NCBI GenBank assembly: GCA_951406725.2
Contig: OX597817.1
Coordinates: 164,300,001 to 164,364,000, forward strand
DNA length: 64,000 bases
Source: Octopus vulgaris
Taxonomy: Eukaryota
Reading direction: 5' to 3'
A program made the translations under genes and the position numbers. Positions 14,578 through 29,209 of the stretch are shown piece by piece. How positions within the stretch are numbered: the stretch's first letter is position 1; each line of letters begins with the position of its first letter. Below the pieces are notes generated by a model, which searched no databases, was not told where the DNA came from, and worked only from the letters and a program-made list of their open reading frames with translations.

Positions 14578-15832
14578 CAGGTGTACACACTTTAGAGGCT
14601 GATAACTCAACTGATGTTTTTTTCTTTCCAGATGAAACCCACTGGAATTAATAATGGCAGTCAGACTAAACTTTGAACAAAGGAAATTCATTCTAAAATG
14701 CTACTGGAAATGTGAAAATGCAGTTGAAGTGCAAAGACAGTTTAGGAGGGAGTTTCAAACAGATCCACAAATGCGATTTACCATCACTCAAATTAGAGAT
14801 AAGTTTGAAACCAATGGAACTGTTCAGAATGTCCACAAGAAGCATTCCAGAAGATCACGAACATCAACAACCCCAACAAAGCAAGAAAGAGTACTGGAAA
14901 CGAATCACCAAACTCCAAGAAAATCTGTGCGGCAAGCGAGTCATGAGGTGGGTATTCCAAAATCGTCTGTCCAAAGCATTTTGAAGCATTGTCAATGGTA
15001 AAGTTACATTCCAAGATTAGTCCATGCTATTAATGATGATGATCCAGACCAAAGAGGGCAGTGTTGCAAGTGGTACTTGGCATGATGTGTAGAAGATGCG
15101 CACTTTCGAACAAAGATTGTGTGGAGGGATGAGGCCACATTCAAATTAAATGGTTCAATTAACCGCCACAATTGCACCTACTGGGGACCTGAGAATCCAC
15201 ATAATATGGTGGAACAGCATGTCAATTTACAAGGAGTTACAGTGTGGTGTGGCTTATCATCAAGAGGATTAATTGGACCACTCTTTTTTGATGCTACTGT
15301 GACTGGTACTGTTTACTTGAACTTGCTGCAACAGTCTGTCATGCCAAGCATTAGAGAAGACTTTGAAGATGAGGAGTTTTATTTTCAGCAAGATGGGACA
15401 CCCCCACACTACCATTGTTATGTTAGATTCTTCCTTGATGAGATCCTGCCAAACTGGTGGATTGGATGAAGGGGTTTCATTGAATGCCCTCTGCATTCAC
15501 CAGACCTCACACCACTAAACTTCTTTTTATGGGGATACCTAAAAGACAAAGTCTACGCTATGAAACCTGTGACAGTCACTGATTTGAGAGCAGCCATTGA
15601 ATGAGAATGCGCACAAATATCAAACGAATTGTTTCAGGATATTTGCAATTCCATTACTTTGCGTTGTAAGCAGGGCCTGGACCAGAATGGATATCAGTTT
15701 GAAAAACAGGCATTGACAAAACAATAAAATAATATCAGTAGATTCTATTAAATTTTGAAAATGTGATGTATTTTAATAATCACCTACTTTACAATAATTT
15801 AAAGTGTGTATACATCTTTTTGGGACACTCTA
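14578..15832 (+). mobile_element. Tc1/mariner DD41D (rosa/Visitor-type) DNA transposon with a dead transposase (about 14654-15716)
   Basis: N-terminal HTH-like region, [23 protein letters not shown](N)FFLWGYLKDKVY with 41 residues between the 2nd and 3rd catalytic positions; several stop codons; right TIR ends at TA, left TIR partial. Confidence 0.88.
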
Positions 15833-16333
15833 TATATGTATATATAATGTGTATATATATATATATATATATATAATGTGTGTGTTTGTATATAAGAGTG
15901 AATGTGTGTGTGTGTGTGTGTATACAAAGGGTTTCTTTCAGTTTCATTGTACCAAATCTGTTTGCAAGGTATGGGTTGGCTCAAGATACCATAGTGGGAT
16001 TGAACTCAGGACTACTTGGGTGGAGCAAGTTTCTTAACCACACAGTCACACATGCACCTATTACAAGTTCTTCTTTTAAAAACTTCTGAAAGAACTAAAT
16101 GTAAAATTTGCTCTACCATGAATTGAACTCAGAAAAGTTAGATGGGCTTATTCCAATCTCATCAGTAACAACAGTAATAAAAAAGAATTCAAATCACTTT
16201 TATTATTAGTTTATAAACGCAAAATTGATGCAATAAAACTGACTAATAAATATTTGAATATCAGAAATCAATAAAACGAGAATAACCTGTTTCTCTAGCA
16301 AGACTCTAAGAAAAAAATATATGTGTATGTATG

Positions 16334-16366
<33 letters not shown>

Positions 16367-16377
16367 GCACACATACA

Positions 16378-16456
<79 letters not shown>

Positions 16457-16712
16457 TCTTGGTTATTCAAGAGTGTTACCAGCTATTTCATGTGTACACA
16501 CACACACACACACACAAAATAGCTGGCCACGATACTAAATAACCAAGAACATGTACCAGGATGTCCTTTTCATAGCAGTGAAAAAGTAAAACCTGTTTTG
16601 TTTATCAAGGGGAAAGTTGGTGAGTTTTTTGCATCAGGATTACAAGAAAGTTCTTACAAATATGGATTGGATCAGTTGTGTGGCCATTTGTTTCTCAGTA
16701 AAATTTAAGACA

Positions 16713-16744
<32 letters not shown>

Positions 16745-17329
16745 CTTTGATTTTAAAATAAATGATTCGGTGGTTTTAAATTTAAGGTGGTTGACTGTTA
16801 AGCAATAAAGAAGGTGACCAATTATAAAAAGTCATGCCAATAAGACAATGCTAATGTCAAAATATGCTCAGGATTACAGCTCAAGCCTGTATAGAAATAT
16901 GTAAAACACTAAATAAATAAACTATTTCCATTATTATGTAGAATCTAAAATTCCCATTATTTATCACTTCAAATGTTTTTGCTTGTAGCAGCTGTAAAGT
17001 ACTGTTCATGTGAACTGTGTGTTAATGTAGGTCGTATATTTTGTGTGTTGTTGATGAGTAAGAAAGATGTAGTGTGGCAGATGTATTTCAGGGTTTGTAT
17101 TGAATACTAGCATAGCTAAAGCGGAGATCGTCTAACCTAGACAGCATTTAAGTGGCAGAGGGAGCATTCAAGGATCACTCCAACTGGTGCAAGCTTTAAT
17201 TATGTCATTGAGTGCACGTTAATGCTATTAAGTGAGACCATGCACCTACTGGAGGATGTTTTTGAGGTTTATGTGCATAGAGGTATTGTCTACATAGCAT
17301 GCGGTGCCTAAGCTATAAATGAATGGTGT

Positions 17330-17790
17330 CTATGGAAAAAGCAGTGAAGCATATTATCTGCACAGAAGTATGTGTTGTTTATAAGTGATAGTAAGATTTT
17401 TTTTTATGTTCAGAGAAGAGTGTGGAAGACATAGATGAACTCTGAATCGGCATGATGTAGTTTAAGATGGATGAAGAAGTTTGAAGGAGAAACCAGTATT
17501 GAAGACACTACACAGTAAAAAACCACCAACTGTGACTAGCATGAACTACCAGTAAGGGGATGAACTGAGTTGTGCAGATGGATGAGTCACAATCCATGAA
17601 CTATGGTCACAATGTTTTACAGAAGATGAGGGAATATTTTGGGTTTCAGAAAGTATCTTGGCAATTGATATGTAATTTAAAAGAGAGAAGAGTAGAAGCC
17701 TGCTCTGATCTATGGGAAACATTTGAAGCCAATGAAGCTTTTTTCTCTATCACCTTAAAAATTTTGGAACACGTTGCTTCATATTACAGA
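17330..17790 (+). mobile_element. Highly degenerate mariner-like transposase relic
   Basis: Broken peptides resembling W.KKFEG.TSIED, GFQKVS and RRVEACS; no intact frame. Confidence 0.35.
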
Positions 17791-20700
17791 TTTTTTGGTC
17801 ATCATCATTATCTTTAGGGTTACTGCTTCACTTACTATAGTCATCATTCAATCTCTTCACTCTCTCTCTTTTACTCTCTTTTACTTATATATATATATAT
17901 ATAAACAATGATAAATATCAAAGTGAGTTATATACAGTAGCGGTAACACATCGTGACGTATATTTGCCATCTCAATATGGCTACCCCTAAGGGTGGATGC
18001 TACTGTAGTTTTTAGCCCCAGGAGGACACACTCCTCCAGCTGGCCATAGACACACTTCCCTTTGCAAATACTACACACATATACGATGGGCTTCTTTCAG
18101 TTTCCGTCTACGAAATCCCCACCCCAAAAAAAAGCAGGAAAAAATTTTTTAATGCATCTCCTGGAATCAAACTCGCTATCAAAAGGTAATAAGCACAACA
18201 TTACTAACCACCAGGCCATTCGTCCTCACAAACATGAACTACTAGAGACGTTAAATACAAATGCATAAAAATAGTTCACCACTTTGGTCAGCCTGAGGCT
18301 ATAGTAGAAGACACTTGCCCAAGGTGCCATGCAGTGGGACTGAACCCGGAACCGAACCCGGAACCATGTGGTTGGTAAGCAAACTACTTACCACACAGCC
18401 ACTCCACTATATATAATCATAAAAGATTATTTATTATAACTGCATCATTAGATACTTAACAACAATTTCCATTTATTTATTGACAGTTACTCAAAGTTTC
18501 TTCCCTATAATATATATAACAGTCCATTTTTCTTTACTTGGAATATTTCTGACATGTTCATAAATCTACCTACTTTTTACACAGTCTAAGAATACAATAA
18601 TAATAATTTCCTAAACCTCTTTCATGTATTCCAATTGACATCATGCTATGTTCAACGCAAACATTCATATCTTGATAACTATAAAAACAGACATAAAATG
18701 ATAACAACAATACAGAAACTTAAATCACAGAAAGATTTAACCCTTAGAAACAGCTGTACCTAGAAATACACTAAATACCAACTGAAGAGGATAAAAATCC
18801 AGCCAATTAAGCAGCAATTTAGGATAATAATTATTATATCTATTTTGAAATATCACATTTTTGCAATAAAATCAATCATTTAATACTTTTTTGGTGGATA
18901 TATTACCTGAATGTACAGAAATTAGTATTACTTTTTTTCAAAGGGTTTGTACAAATAATAGGTACTTAATGATGTAGTTTAACCTAAAGTGGCTAACAAT
19001 ATTATGACACTGACTAGGATGTAGTAATATATGGTGATATTAAAGTCAATCACCTGACAGTAATTTTAGTTAATTGAGAATAACTAGTTATTATGCTATT
19101 ATATGTCACATAAAACAGAACACAAATGTCTTCACAAAAAGACCCATAAATAATTTTCAACATGAAGATAATATATAAACTAGAATGATACAGTTTTAGA
19201 ACACAGGTAATTCTAGGCTCCCCAGCATGGTTTCTATGACAACTGGAGATCCTTTTGGCTGCAGTTAAATTATGTGTAACTGGTAAAGCATGGAGTGAAG
19301 AACAGCTTTTGAGAAATTTTCCATAATACACACTGGAATAAGTATGTCATGGTCGATGCATAACTATCATAATCTAAATGTAGGTGGGTGTTATTATATA
19401 AATATACATGAATATTGCTCTGAAAACTGTTGTTTTTAGCTATTAATAGCAAAATGTTTGCTTTAGTATATCTTGTTCAACTAATAACTAGCAGGTGAAA
19501 TTTCTGTATAATAGTCAGCCAAACCTTTTCATTAAAAACATTAATAAGTAATAAAATGTTGGTGGGTGAACCGAGTCTGAGACCATATGATTTCCTGTTG
19601 GAATCACCTTTATTTACAGCACAAATTACCTTTATAAAAGCTTGAACATCCCAACTTCCTATTTACTTTCTCTTTTGTGTTTATGTTTATGTAAGAAGTT
19701 GGTTTGTAATAAAGAGAATTAAGTCAAATAAAAGTTATGGCAATTCTACATTTAGATTTAATCAATATTAATATTAGCTTTTCTCATCAGGATTTACGTT
19801 GCTATGGAGTTGGAAATAAAAATACTAATTGCAGCTGCTACATGAGGAAAATATTCCAACTTTTTCACAATACATAGTGGAATCTCCAGCTGGTCATTTA
19901 TATATTAATATTTGATTTTAATACAAAATATTTAGTGAGGAAATCAGTGTGAGAAGTATGAAAATCTGTCACAAAACACCTGAATATTGCAGTAGTAACA
20001 TTTATTTAACCACTTAAGATAAGATCAATAAGCAATTATTGATGAGAAGTGTCTTTGAATAGTCTGAGAATTTGTAACCACCTTATAGCATGGAAAAGTG
20101 CTTTCACTGTTTAGCTAAGCTTTTCAATATTGTTATACTCTATGCAAACCCTTTGAATAGGAACTGTACCAAATGTAGGGTTATTCTATTTAAAGAGTTT
20201 ACAGATTACTTATCTCTTATTAAAGGATTTTATAGCAGAAGTTGTATAGAATAATATTTTAATAAAAATAGATACTCTACTGTATAAATAACCATAATTT
20301 TTATGTCCTTTTTTTTCATACTCACATGGCTTGGATTGATCACAAATCATCTCACTTCTGTCGAGGTTTCTTGCCTTATGACATACACAACAATAGGAAA
20401 AGTCACCAGATTTTCTTCTAGCAAGGGTTTTACTGCTGAATGCCTTTCCAACTACTATACCAAGTAGTTGTTAGCAACTTTATCATTATGTAAGGGTAAA
20501 AGTAGGCAGTTATTTAAGGACATCTCCTCTGACTAGATAAGATAGACAGTATCTACCCAGGATAAAACTATGAATATTAATTATAGAAGAGCAGTGTAGC
20601 TAAATTGAAGCATTGTGCTAAAGAAGTAAAATAACAAAATAGTGAAGATGGAGAGCTTTTTATAACATAAAAGGGGGGAAATTTATATATTACAGTGAGT

Positions 20701-21223
20701 ACAAAGCTCACTATCAGAAGTAAATAGTCAAGAAATATTTGTCTTCACATATCAGTTATGTTGGTCTAAAATTATCATTTTGTACATAGATACAAAATGA
20801 CATCATCGTAAGTTTTGTTTTCTTATGCTGAAGAAACTCATTAGTTAAACAACTTATATAACCTTCAGACATACATGACAAAGATTTATTTGTCCATTAA
20901 ATCTTTCTTAATTTTTGTCATCTTTCATCATTATCAATTAGCAACAGATAAATCTCATTCTCATCCCTTAATCACAGTGACACATTAAATATAAATTATC
21001 TTAAATCAAGCAACTTGTTCATCTCTTCTACTTACATAAGTACAATCATTTGGACTAACATTTATAACAGAAGCAATAAAAAACACTATTTTCATTATAA
21101 ATTATCATTATATTTTGTTTAAATTGAGTAATACTACAAATTTAACACTTTTTTGATATATATATATATATATATATATATAATGTCAAGAAATTTATAA
21201 CTACTGAAAATATGCAAACTTTA

Positions 21224-21481
<258 letters not shown>

Positions 21482-22729
21482 TTAAGATTAGTCAAAGGTT
21501 ATATGACAACTTAGTGAAAATATACACAATAAATAACTGCATATGATTCTGTAATTCTGTTTCTCTAATCTTAATTTTATATTGCTTGAATTGTTATCTG
21601 GAATGAGGTATATTTGTTATCAGTATTTTATGTAGTATTATATAGTAGTATATAATATTGGTTATAGTTTTCTATCAAACATTTTATGAGTAAATAAAGA
21701 CATAAGATTATCCATATATGATATACAAATAACTCCAATGAATGACATAACTTATATTGTTCTAGGTAAATTAACTATTCAGTAACCAATAAATGAATTG
21801 ATATAAAGGAAATAACTTGAGTGGAACAATGACATGAATTTAAATAAATAAGTTAAAGGTGTTTTACTAAATACCATTCACAAAAAAAATTCTTAATTAT
21901 TTAAAATTTACCTTTTTTTAGGAAAAAGAAAACAAAAACAAATAGCAATTGTTAGCAAGTCTCAAAAATAGAGAGAAAATTTCAAAAGATTCAGAATTAA
22001 TCTCATGTAATAAATTTGCGTGCCTAGGAGAAAGTCTGCTCTTTGTTCACGGGCTACAATTTGTATGGCTTCATTAACATAGTTTAGTTATTTGAAGCTC
22101 ACCTGATAATGTGACAAAAATTTTCAGTACACCAAAAGTTCAGGTTACAAATTTGGCTAGAACTTCTATTACAATATCCATTGTTGTCTCTTGCCCACAA
22201 AGATCAGGCTTTCCTTCCTTAAAGCATATAGACTAAGAAGTTTTGTCAATTCCTGTAGCTTATACTAAGCTTGATCAGTTGATAAAAATTAATCCACCAT
22301 ATTGACAATGTTTGATAAGACTAAAACATATTGTACTATTTGAGTTACCAGAGTAAATGTTTGATCTACAAATGTAAATGTCTGGAGTTGGCGTATTGTG
22401 GAGAAGAGTGAGAATGAAGTGTACCTTGGAAGGAATGACTGATATATAAAAATATAACCTGCCCCTACCTTTTCTCTATTTTATAATAGAACTTAGAAGG
22501 ATGAATTATGGACAGAAAGGTCAAGAAAGTGCAGAGCAATACTTCTGATTGCTCAATTCCAAATTTAAAAAAAGGACTTTCCAATTGTGACCTTACACTC
22601 AAAAAATAATTCTATATTAAAAACTAAAACAAAATTGAGACAAATGTTTAGCCCTTATTTATTTCATATAACTTACTAAACTTTAGATGACATTGCCCAA
22701 GTGCTTAAATAAATATTGTTTGGTATAAC

Positions 22730-23035
22730 TACAGTAGTGTGTCCCACTCCCAACTTTGTTTCCCCATAACTTTCTTTAAAATGTTTTTCTAATGAAATTT
22801 TTCAGAGATACATTTTAGATTGTGTCAATTATGATTGTTTGTTGGGGAAAAACTTAGAAAAAAATTTGCTTTGGAGGATCATTCCCTGCCTCCACTGGAC
22901 ATCTTTTAGTTAAATGCACATCTTTTAGTGAAATTTTCCAAAGGTATGTTTTCAATAGTGTAGATTACAATTATCTACATAAAATTTGAAAAAAAATTGC
23001 TTACAAGAGAAAAGTTGATGGGGCACACTTTTGTA
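22730..23035. mobile_element. Old MITE with imperfect TIRs
   Basis: TACAGTAGTGTGTCCCA...CAACTTT versus AAAGTTGATGGGGCACACTTTTGTA. Confidence 0.45.
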
Positions 23036-23352
23036 GACACTTAATGAATGCCTACACGAATATGGCTTGACCAATCAGCATTGACTGACTTGTTACAGTT
23101 GATCAGATGAATTTCAAAGGAAATGAGTGTGTTTTTCTACCAAATAGTTTAGTTGAAGGTTCTGGAAACTTTTGCTTGCAGTCATAAAAAGTCGGTGCAT
23201 TTCATCTCAGACTAGAACCATTCAGCAATCCACACAAAGCTGTCTCTCTGCTAAAGTAAGTTGATCTTTCTCCCACTTTCATTTTTCTTACTTAACATGC
23301 TAGTATTGTATTCAATAAAAATCTACCAACCTTGACTATAGTGTCAAATCAT

Positions 23353-23383
<31 letters not shown>

Positions 23384-23739
23384 AACATACACATTGCTTA
23401 AATACAATAATTTAAACTCTTTCTATTTATTTTGTTATCAATAACTATGAACTACTTTCATAATATCATCTCACCATAATATTATAGAAGTAATATTAAA
23501 GAAAATTTGTTCCACTCTATTATTTTCTTTATTTCATGAATGTTGTTTCATTAAATTCTTGTTGTGTACAAATACAAATATAAATGATGTGACGTAATAA
23601 AAATGTAAGAAAATTTAAATAAAAATTAATGTAGTTGTTCTTATTATCATATACAGTCTACTTAAAACTGTGTACTACCAATGAAGAATTAATGAGTAAA
23701 ACTTTGCACTAAAGTATTAGTCCTTCTGACTCTCTTGTT

Positions 23740-24385
23740 TTCTTTTCTATTTGGCTGTGGCTGTGGAAATTTTAAAGTTTGGTGAAAATTTTAAAATTTG
23801 GTGTATTGATGTAATTTTCCATGCTGAATCTCAGGAGCTAATTCACTTTTTCCAGAAAATTTTTTAAAAAAAGTTTGATTATTTTTACCCAGTTGGAAAA
23901 CAGGATTTGGACGCTATCATTTTGTGCCTGACTGCACATGTTGTCAACTGTAAACAAATGAAATATTGGCAGAATTCTGCTTTATGCACGCCATATATTT
24001 AATTTTTGGAATTTTCAGAAAATTTTTGTGAATTTGTATTCTATACGCGAGAATTCATACGATTATGCAAAAACTAACTAAAAATATCTTGGTGTGTGAT
24101 ATAAGGCTTATTTAACTATTAATTTTAACACATATCACGACCATGTGGGTAAGCAGCTCCGTAACAGCTTGACTTGTTACTATGGAAACAGGCAGCTATA
24201 TGTCTGTGGCTTTCGACTGGCTAGAATTACCCAAAATTTCCAAACTTTAAAGTTATTAACTTGTTATTTATAGATTTATAGCAAAAATTAATTCCATACA
24301 AAACTACATCAACACATCAAATATGAAACCAATTGGAACAAAAATCGAAGAAATTGAAAAGTGGCAGCCAAACAGAAAGGATCCC
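23740..24385. mobile_element. Non-autonomous DNA transposon relic
   Basis: CTTTTCTATTTGGCTG at the left pairs with CAGCCAAACAGAAAG at the right; ends uncertain. Confidence 0.4.
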
Positions 24386-26175
24386 GACATTACGTTAATG
24401 AATTGAAGACACTTATTCTGCGACCCTATAAATCTCGCGTGTATATTAATATTCAAATAATGAATGTAACAACCTGAAAGAAAACCGTAGCTTTGTACAA
24501 TTTTAACGGAGAAATTTTTAACTCGATGGAAAATGGGATGATTGAAAGTTACCCATAGGGCGGGAAAGGTGGGTTTGCATAACAATATTTTTTATTTATT
24601 AAAAGCACGTCGATCTAATAGTTTTTACAGCAAAAATTCGTGAATGTTCTTTCCTAAACAATAAATTCTTTTCATGTACAAGCATTTATTAACAGAATGA
24701 AGTTGAAAGTTTCGTATTATGTTCAACTAGTATGTAAAATTCAAACTGAAGTTCTTTGCTAAAAACGTCAGTGAAAATCGAGAGAGAGAGTTGCATGCAT
24801 ACTAGGTTAGTCCGCCATGACAATGAGAGACCGTGCCTGCAAATATGATACAGATTTTGAAATCAACCATAGGCTGGGATAAGACTTCCGAGAAAAGTTG
24901 CTGGGGTGCCGCACTGATTGGCCACTTTTTTAGCCAGTTTTAATCAATGCAAAGCGTCAGGACGAGATTGTTGGATCAATTCAGCCTTTGCTGAAAATTC
25001 ATATAAGAAATGAATTAGGCTAATAGGAGGAAGTGTTAATAATTGCTGTTTTGATAGTTAATATGTAGATTAGCTGAGTTTAATAATGGAAACAAACTAT
25101 GAGAGCTAGGCGTGTACAAATCACTACCTAACTATCATATTGTCCTCCTTTAAACGCTAGGCTTTTAACATCCTCCTCAATTTTAACATTTCGTTCAAAC
25201 CATCCACTTGATGCTACTAATTCACGAGAACCACATTATCAGCATTAGGCTTTTCAAATCTTCTTACAATTCTGATCTGATTTGTGGACTTTATATAACC
25301 ACTTCTTGAAGATCAACACCATCGCCATTAGGCTGTATTTGCCGAATAGGTATTAACCGTTGCGCAAGGTGTTTTACTTAAGGCATTCATTGTGTATCTC
25401 TAACAGTTAACGGTGATAATTACTCAATAGCGACAAGCTGCAAAAGACGATCATCCTTTTTAATTTATTGCAGATAGTCTTTCTTGAATTCGAACTTGAA
25501 ATGTTTCACTGCAAAAGTCAAAACTGCTGGCGAATAATATTACTGTATTTGGCAGTATTGACTAGAGATAGATGCTTCTAATGATTAATAATTCAATATT
25601 TGGTTATATTAACCAGTTTACTTACATTTTTTCCAGCCAATCAGTTTTGGCATAATTTAACGTTACATTTTGTAGGGCAGTAGGAAACAAAATGAATAGT
25701 TTCATTTTCGCACCAAAATGTTTCATAGAATGTTCTAGAATTTTTTGACGGGTTTATAAACACCCCTGAGTTCAGCTCCCTACATAGAATTACCTTGCTG
25801 CGACAGAGGTTATGCGTCATTACACCTTCGTTTAGTAAGATATATTTCACCCCTCAATTTTCCCTCTAAAACTGCATTCACAACTACTCTTATATGTTCA
25901 TTATTTTTTCAGCAGATAATAACTTACATACAACCACCTGAGATACTTCAATAATTAGCTAAAGTTTTATTCAAGTAGTAGTGGAAATGCTTCAGGGTAG
26001 CTTTTACCGTTTGCACAACCCTTTCAGCTGCACCGGATGCAAACTGATAAGTGAGTGTCAATCTTTCTACAACTCATTGATAACAACTTTATATTAAGAG
26101 CAACGAATTCAGATAGTAAGGTAGTAGATTGTTTGATAGTAAGGTAGTAGATTCTCCAAAGTGAAAGAATACTTC

Positions 26176-27194
26176 TATAGCGTACACTCGAGTGAAATTC
26201 CTCTCCCCCCTTTATTATATATACGTGCATTAGAACGTAGCAGGCAACAGCTAGCCTTTGGCTGCTATATGGACCCCGTTGTGTCCACTACTCTGATTGG
26301 TTAGTATTGGCGCAATTTGTTTCTTATTCTGTCGCGCCAGTTTGCCGCATATAACCAATCGGAGCCTATAAATAGATCACGTGAGACAGCCTGTTCTCAA
26401 CCCAGTTTTTGAGACTGCAGCTCCTTATAAAAATTCACCTTTCCTCCTTTCAAGGTCTTTTGGTTTCATACCTTTTTAGGTCTAGCCACTGACCACACAA
26501 GACACAGCTAGTTCCATCACGACACCACAGCAGCCACGTTGAGACTTACCAACTTTGTCCAACAGCATTACGGCAACCTCATTCGTCGCCACCATCGTCG
26601 TTAACGTCGTTACGTACACAGCTCAGCAAGCATTTCACCCAGGTTCCAACACTTCACTGTTTGTGAATTAGTTCACCATGGATCATCAGCAAATATACAA
26701 CCTGCAAGAACTCCTGTACCAAGTGACCCAGACACCAGCATCACATCCACGACTTTACATACGACATGTACCTGTAATCGGCTCAGTATCATGGCCGCGA
26801 CCTCTCGATACAGTATTTCAACTACAGTGTACAATTGACTACGAACTGGTATTCTCTTTCTTGTGTACATGAATTCTCTTCTCACTTCGATGGCTATAGA
26901 CTCTTTCACTGTCTCCTTCATTGCCATTCTTATGTGTTCTTAACACGCGCGTACATCTACGCTTACACGCATACATGCCTTTGTTCTCATGAAGGCCTGC
27001 CTGTTATTCTGTGTATATGACACACACACACAGACACATGTTAACACATCAATAAATCTCTTAATCATTCAACGCGTTGTGTTTCCTTTTTTCCTCTGGC
27101 ACTTATGGGTCCATTCAAATTATATATCTATCGTATCGACCGTGTGATGCACTAAAGAGCTATTCTCGTCACCTCGCATTGCACGGTCCTTACA
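26176..27194 (+). mobile_element. Solo LTR (probably Gypsy-type) in NAMPT intron 1, antisense to the gene
   Basis: TA(TG)...CA ends, 4-bp TSD CTTC on both sides, TATAAAA near 26426, AATAAA at 27051; both ends homologous to 46290-47270. Confidence 0.8.
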
Positions 27195-28190
27195 CTTCAT
27201 TCAATTCACTTTTTACTACTTCAGTTGTACGATCTGGATATACAAATGCTTCTATCTGTGTTGGATACGAATCCACTCTGATTAAGATATTGCCAATATT
27301 TGAGATATATGCTTTAGCCACATAAACACGTTCCACACAGCTCTCAAGCAACTTTTTGTATCATCAGTTTTTATTAGATGCGACCTGGACTTTTAACAAC
27401 TTCTGCAATCTAGTTTGATTAGTCTTGAAACAGGAAATGAAACATCAACGACTTCTTATTATGAAGGCATTGTCTCTGAGACATAATATGGAGGAATTGG
27501 AAATTATTTGATAAATAGCCAAAAGTCAAAAAGAAATTGTTAACGTCAGGACGATCTATTTATTTTACTTACATCTGTCATCAGTGAGAGGCGGCATCTA
27601 GCTTAGATGTCTTTTAATGCATCAGACAACTTAACTTATAAATGTAATTCGAACATCAGCGCCATCAGAGAGAAACATCCTGCTTTAAAACGTCCTGTTT
27701 CTATTTTTATAATAACAGATATAGTCATACACCGACTTCTTTCGTCGATGAAAGGCTTTACCGTTATTTCTGATGATAATTTGAAAATGTAAACAATATC
27801 ATAATCAATGTTTAGCAACTAAAGTGCAGACGTTACGGATTTGCAGAAACTTCACACCGCTTCGTTACAGATACTTTGTGTTACATCTAAAGTCAATACA
27901 TTTACATTTTGGAGACCTTCAAAGAGTTCTGAAATGTTGTTCTTTTTCTTTTGTTCATTTATTTGTTTCAGTCGTGTAACTGCGGCCATGTTGGAGCACC
28001 ACCTTAAGGGATTTTAGTCGAATAAATCAACCCCAGGACTTATTCTTTGTAAGCCTAGTACTTATTCTATCAGGTTGTTTTGCCGAACTGCTAAGTTATG
28101 GGGACATGAACCCAACAACATCGGTTGCCAAACATAGACACACACACACACACACACACGCACACACACGCACACACATATATATATATA

Positions 28191-28297
28191 TTACAGGTGA
28201 ATGCTTGTTTATAGGGTTACCCTGGGTTTCTCGCCATAAAGATACTCTTTATGATGAGAAACCCAGGGTAACCCTATAAACAGGCCTTTACCAGTAA
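28191..28297. repeat. Palindrome (about 50-bp arms) containing hammerhead-like 3' halves
   Basis: TGTTTATAGGGTTACCCTGGGTTTCTC...GAGAAACCCAGGGTAACCCTATAAACA. Confidence 0.85.
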
Positions 28298-28381
28298 TGA
28301 ATATAGACCGCCATACTTCTTAGAGTGTGCTTCTTCTCCGTTTTTATGTTTTTCTAATCCCACCCCACAAAAAAAAAACAA

Positions 28382-28470
<89 letters not shown>

Positions 28471-28570
28471 AAAAGAAAATGGATATAATAACAATGGGGA
28501 ACTCCTGGCTTATGCTGGCATGTCTTTAATTAAATAGGTAACAAAGAAGTAAGAAGCAGAGATGAGGGTG

Positions 28571-28621
28571 GCATTTACGATCGTTTCGATTTACTGGAGT
28601 AAGCAAATCTCTTCAGAATGC
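28571..28621 (-). ncRNA. Minimal type-I hammerhead ribozyme (Penelope-like element type)
   Basis: Minus strand reads GCATT-CTGAAGA-GATTTGCT-TACTCC-AGTAAATC-GAAA-CGATCG-TA-AATGC: complete core, 5-bp stem I, 8-bp stem II, palindromic stem III, GUA cleavage triplet. Confidence 0.85.
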
Positions 28622-28711
28622 GAGTATAGATACATGTGTCGGTTAGGATGCGAAAATGATTGATACATATGTGATGGTAATATAAACAAATTGGTAATTC
28701 TTACATTGAAA

Positions 28712-28780
<69 letters not shown>

Positions 28781-29149
28781 AGGCATTTTTTTCCCAAATA
28801 CGCCAGCTTAAACTAAGTTGTACTGTCTATTAGTCGTAAGTCACCCGCTGTTTTTGTCCTGTTTTTACCATTATTGTTATTTGTATTTTATATTCGTGTG
28901 GCCTCGTCCGTTTTTCTGTCCCTGTTTCATATACATTCGATCCTTTTTCCAAGAAATCTAATGCTCGTAGCTTAGTTTTTTCCTTGGGGCTGGCCGGATC
29001 GGAGCGATCTCAAGATTAATCAGCCGAAATTGCGAAGATGATCCGGTTCTTGACTGAAGATTGAAGGCTTCGAATGCCCCGTCCGTGTTTTTTGTATCGT
29101 CTTCTAAATGTTTTGCGTTCTTGTCCCAGTTTGTAATTTTTACATATAC

Positions 29150-29209
<60 letters not shown>

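Noticed and set aside
18782-18812. CTGAAGA-GGAT-AAAA-ATCC resembling a hammerhead 5' half (similar partial match near 16120-16165 on the minus strand)
   Set aside because: No GAAA after the stem and no stem I or III pairing.
29050-29085. CTGAAGA...TTCGAATG in the third TA-bounded insert
   Set aside because: GAAT instead of GAAA and no convincing stems; not called a ribozyme.
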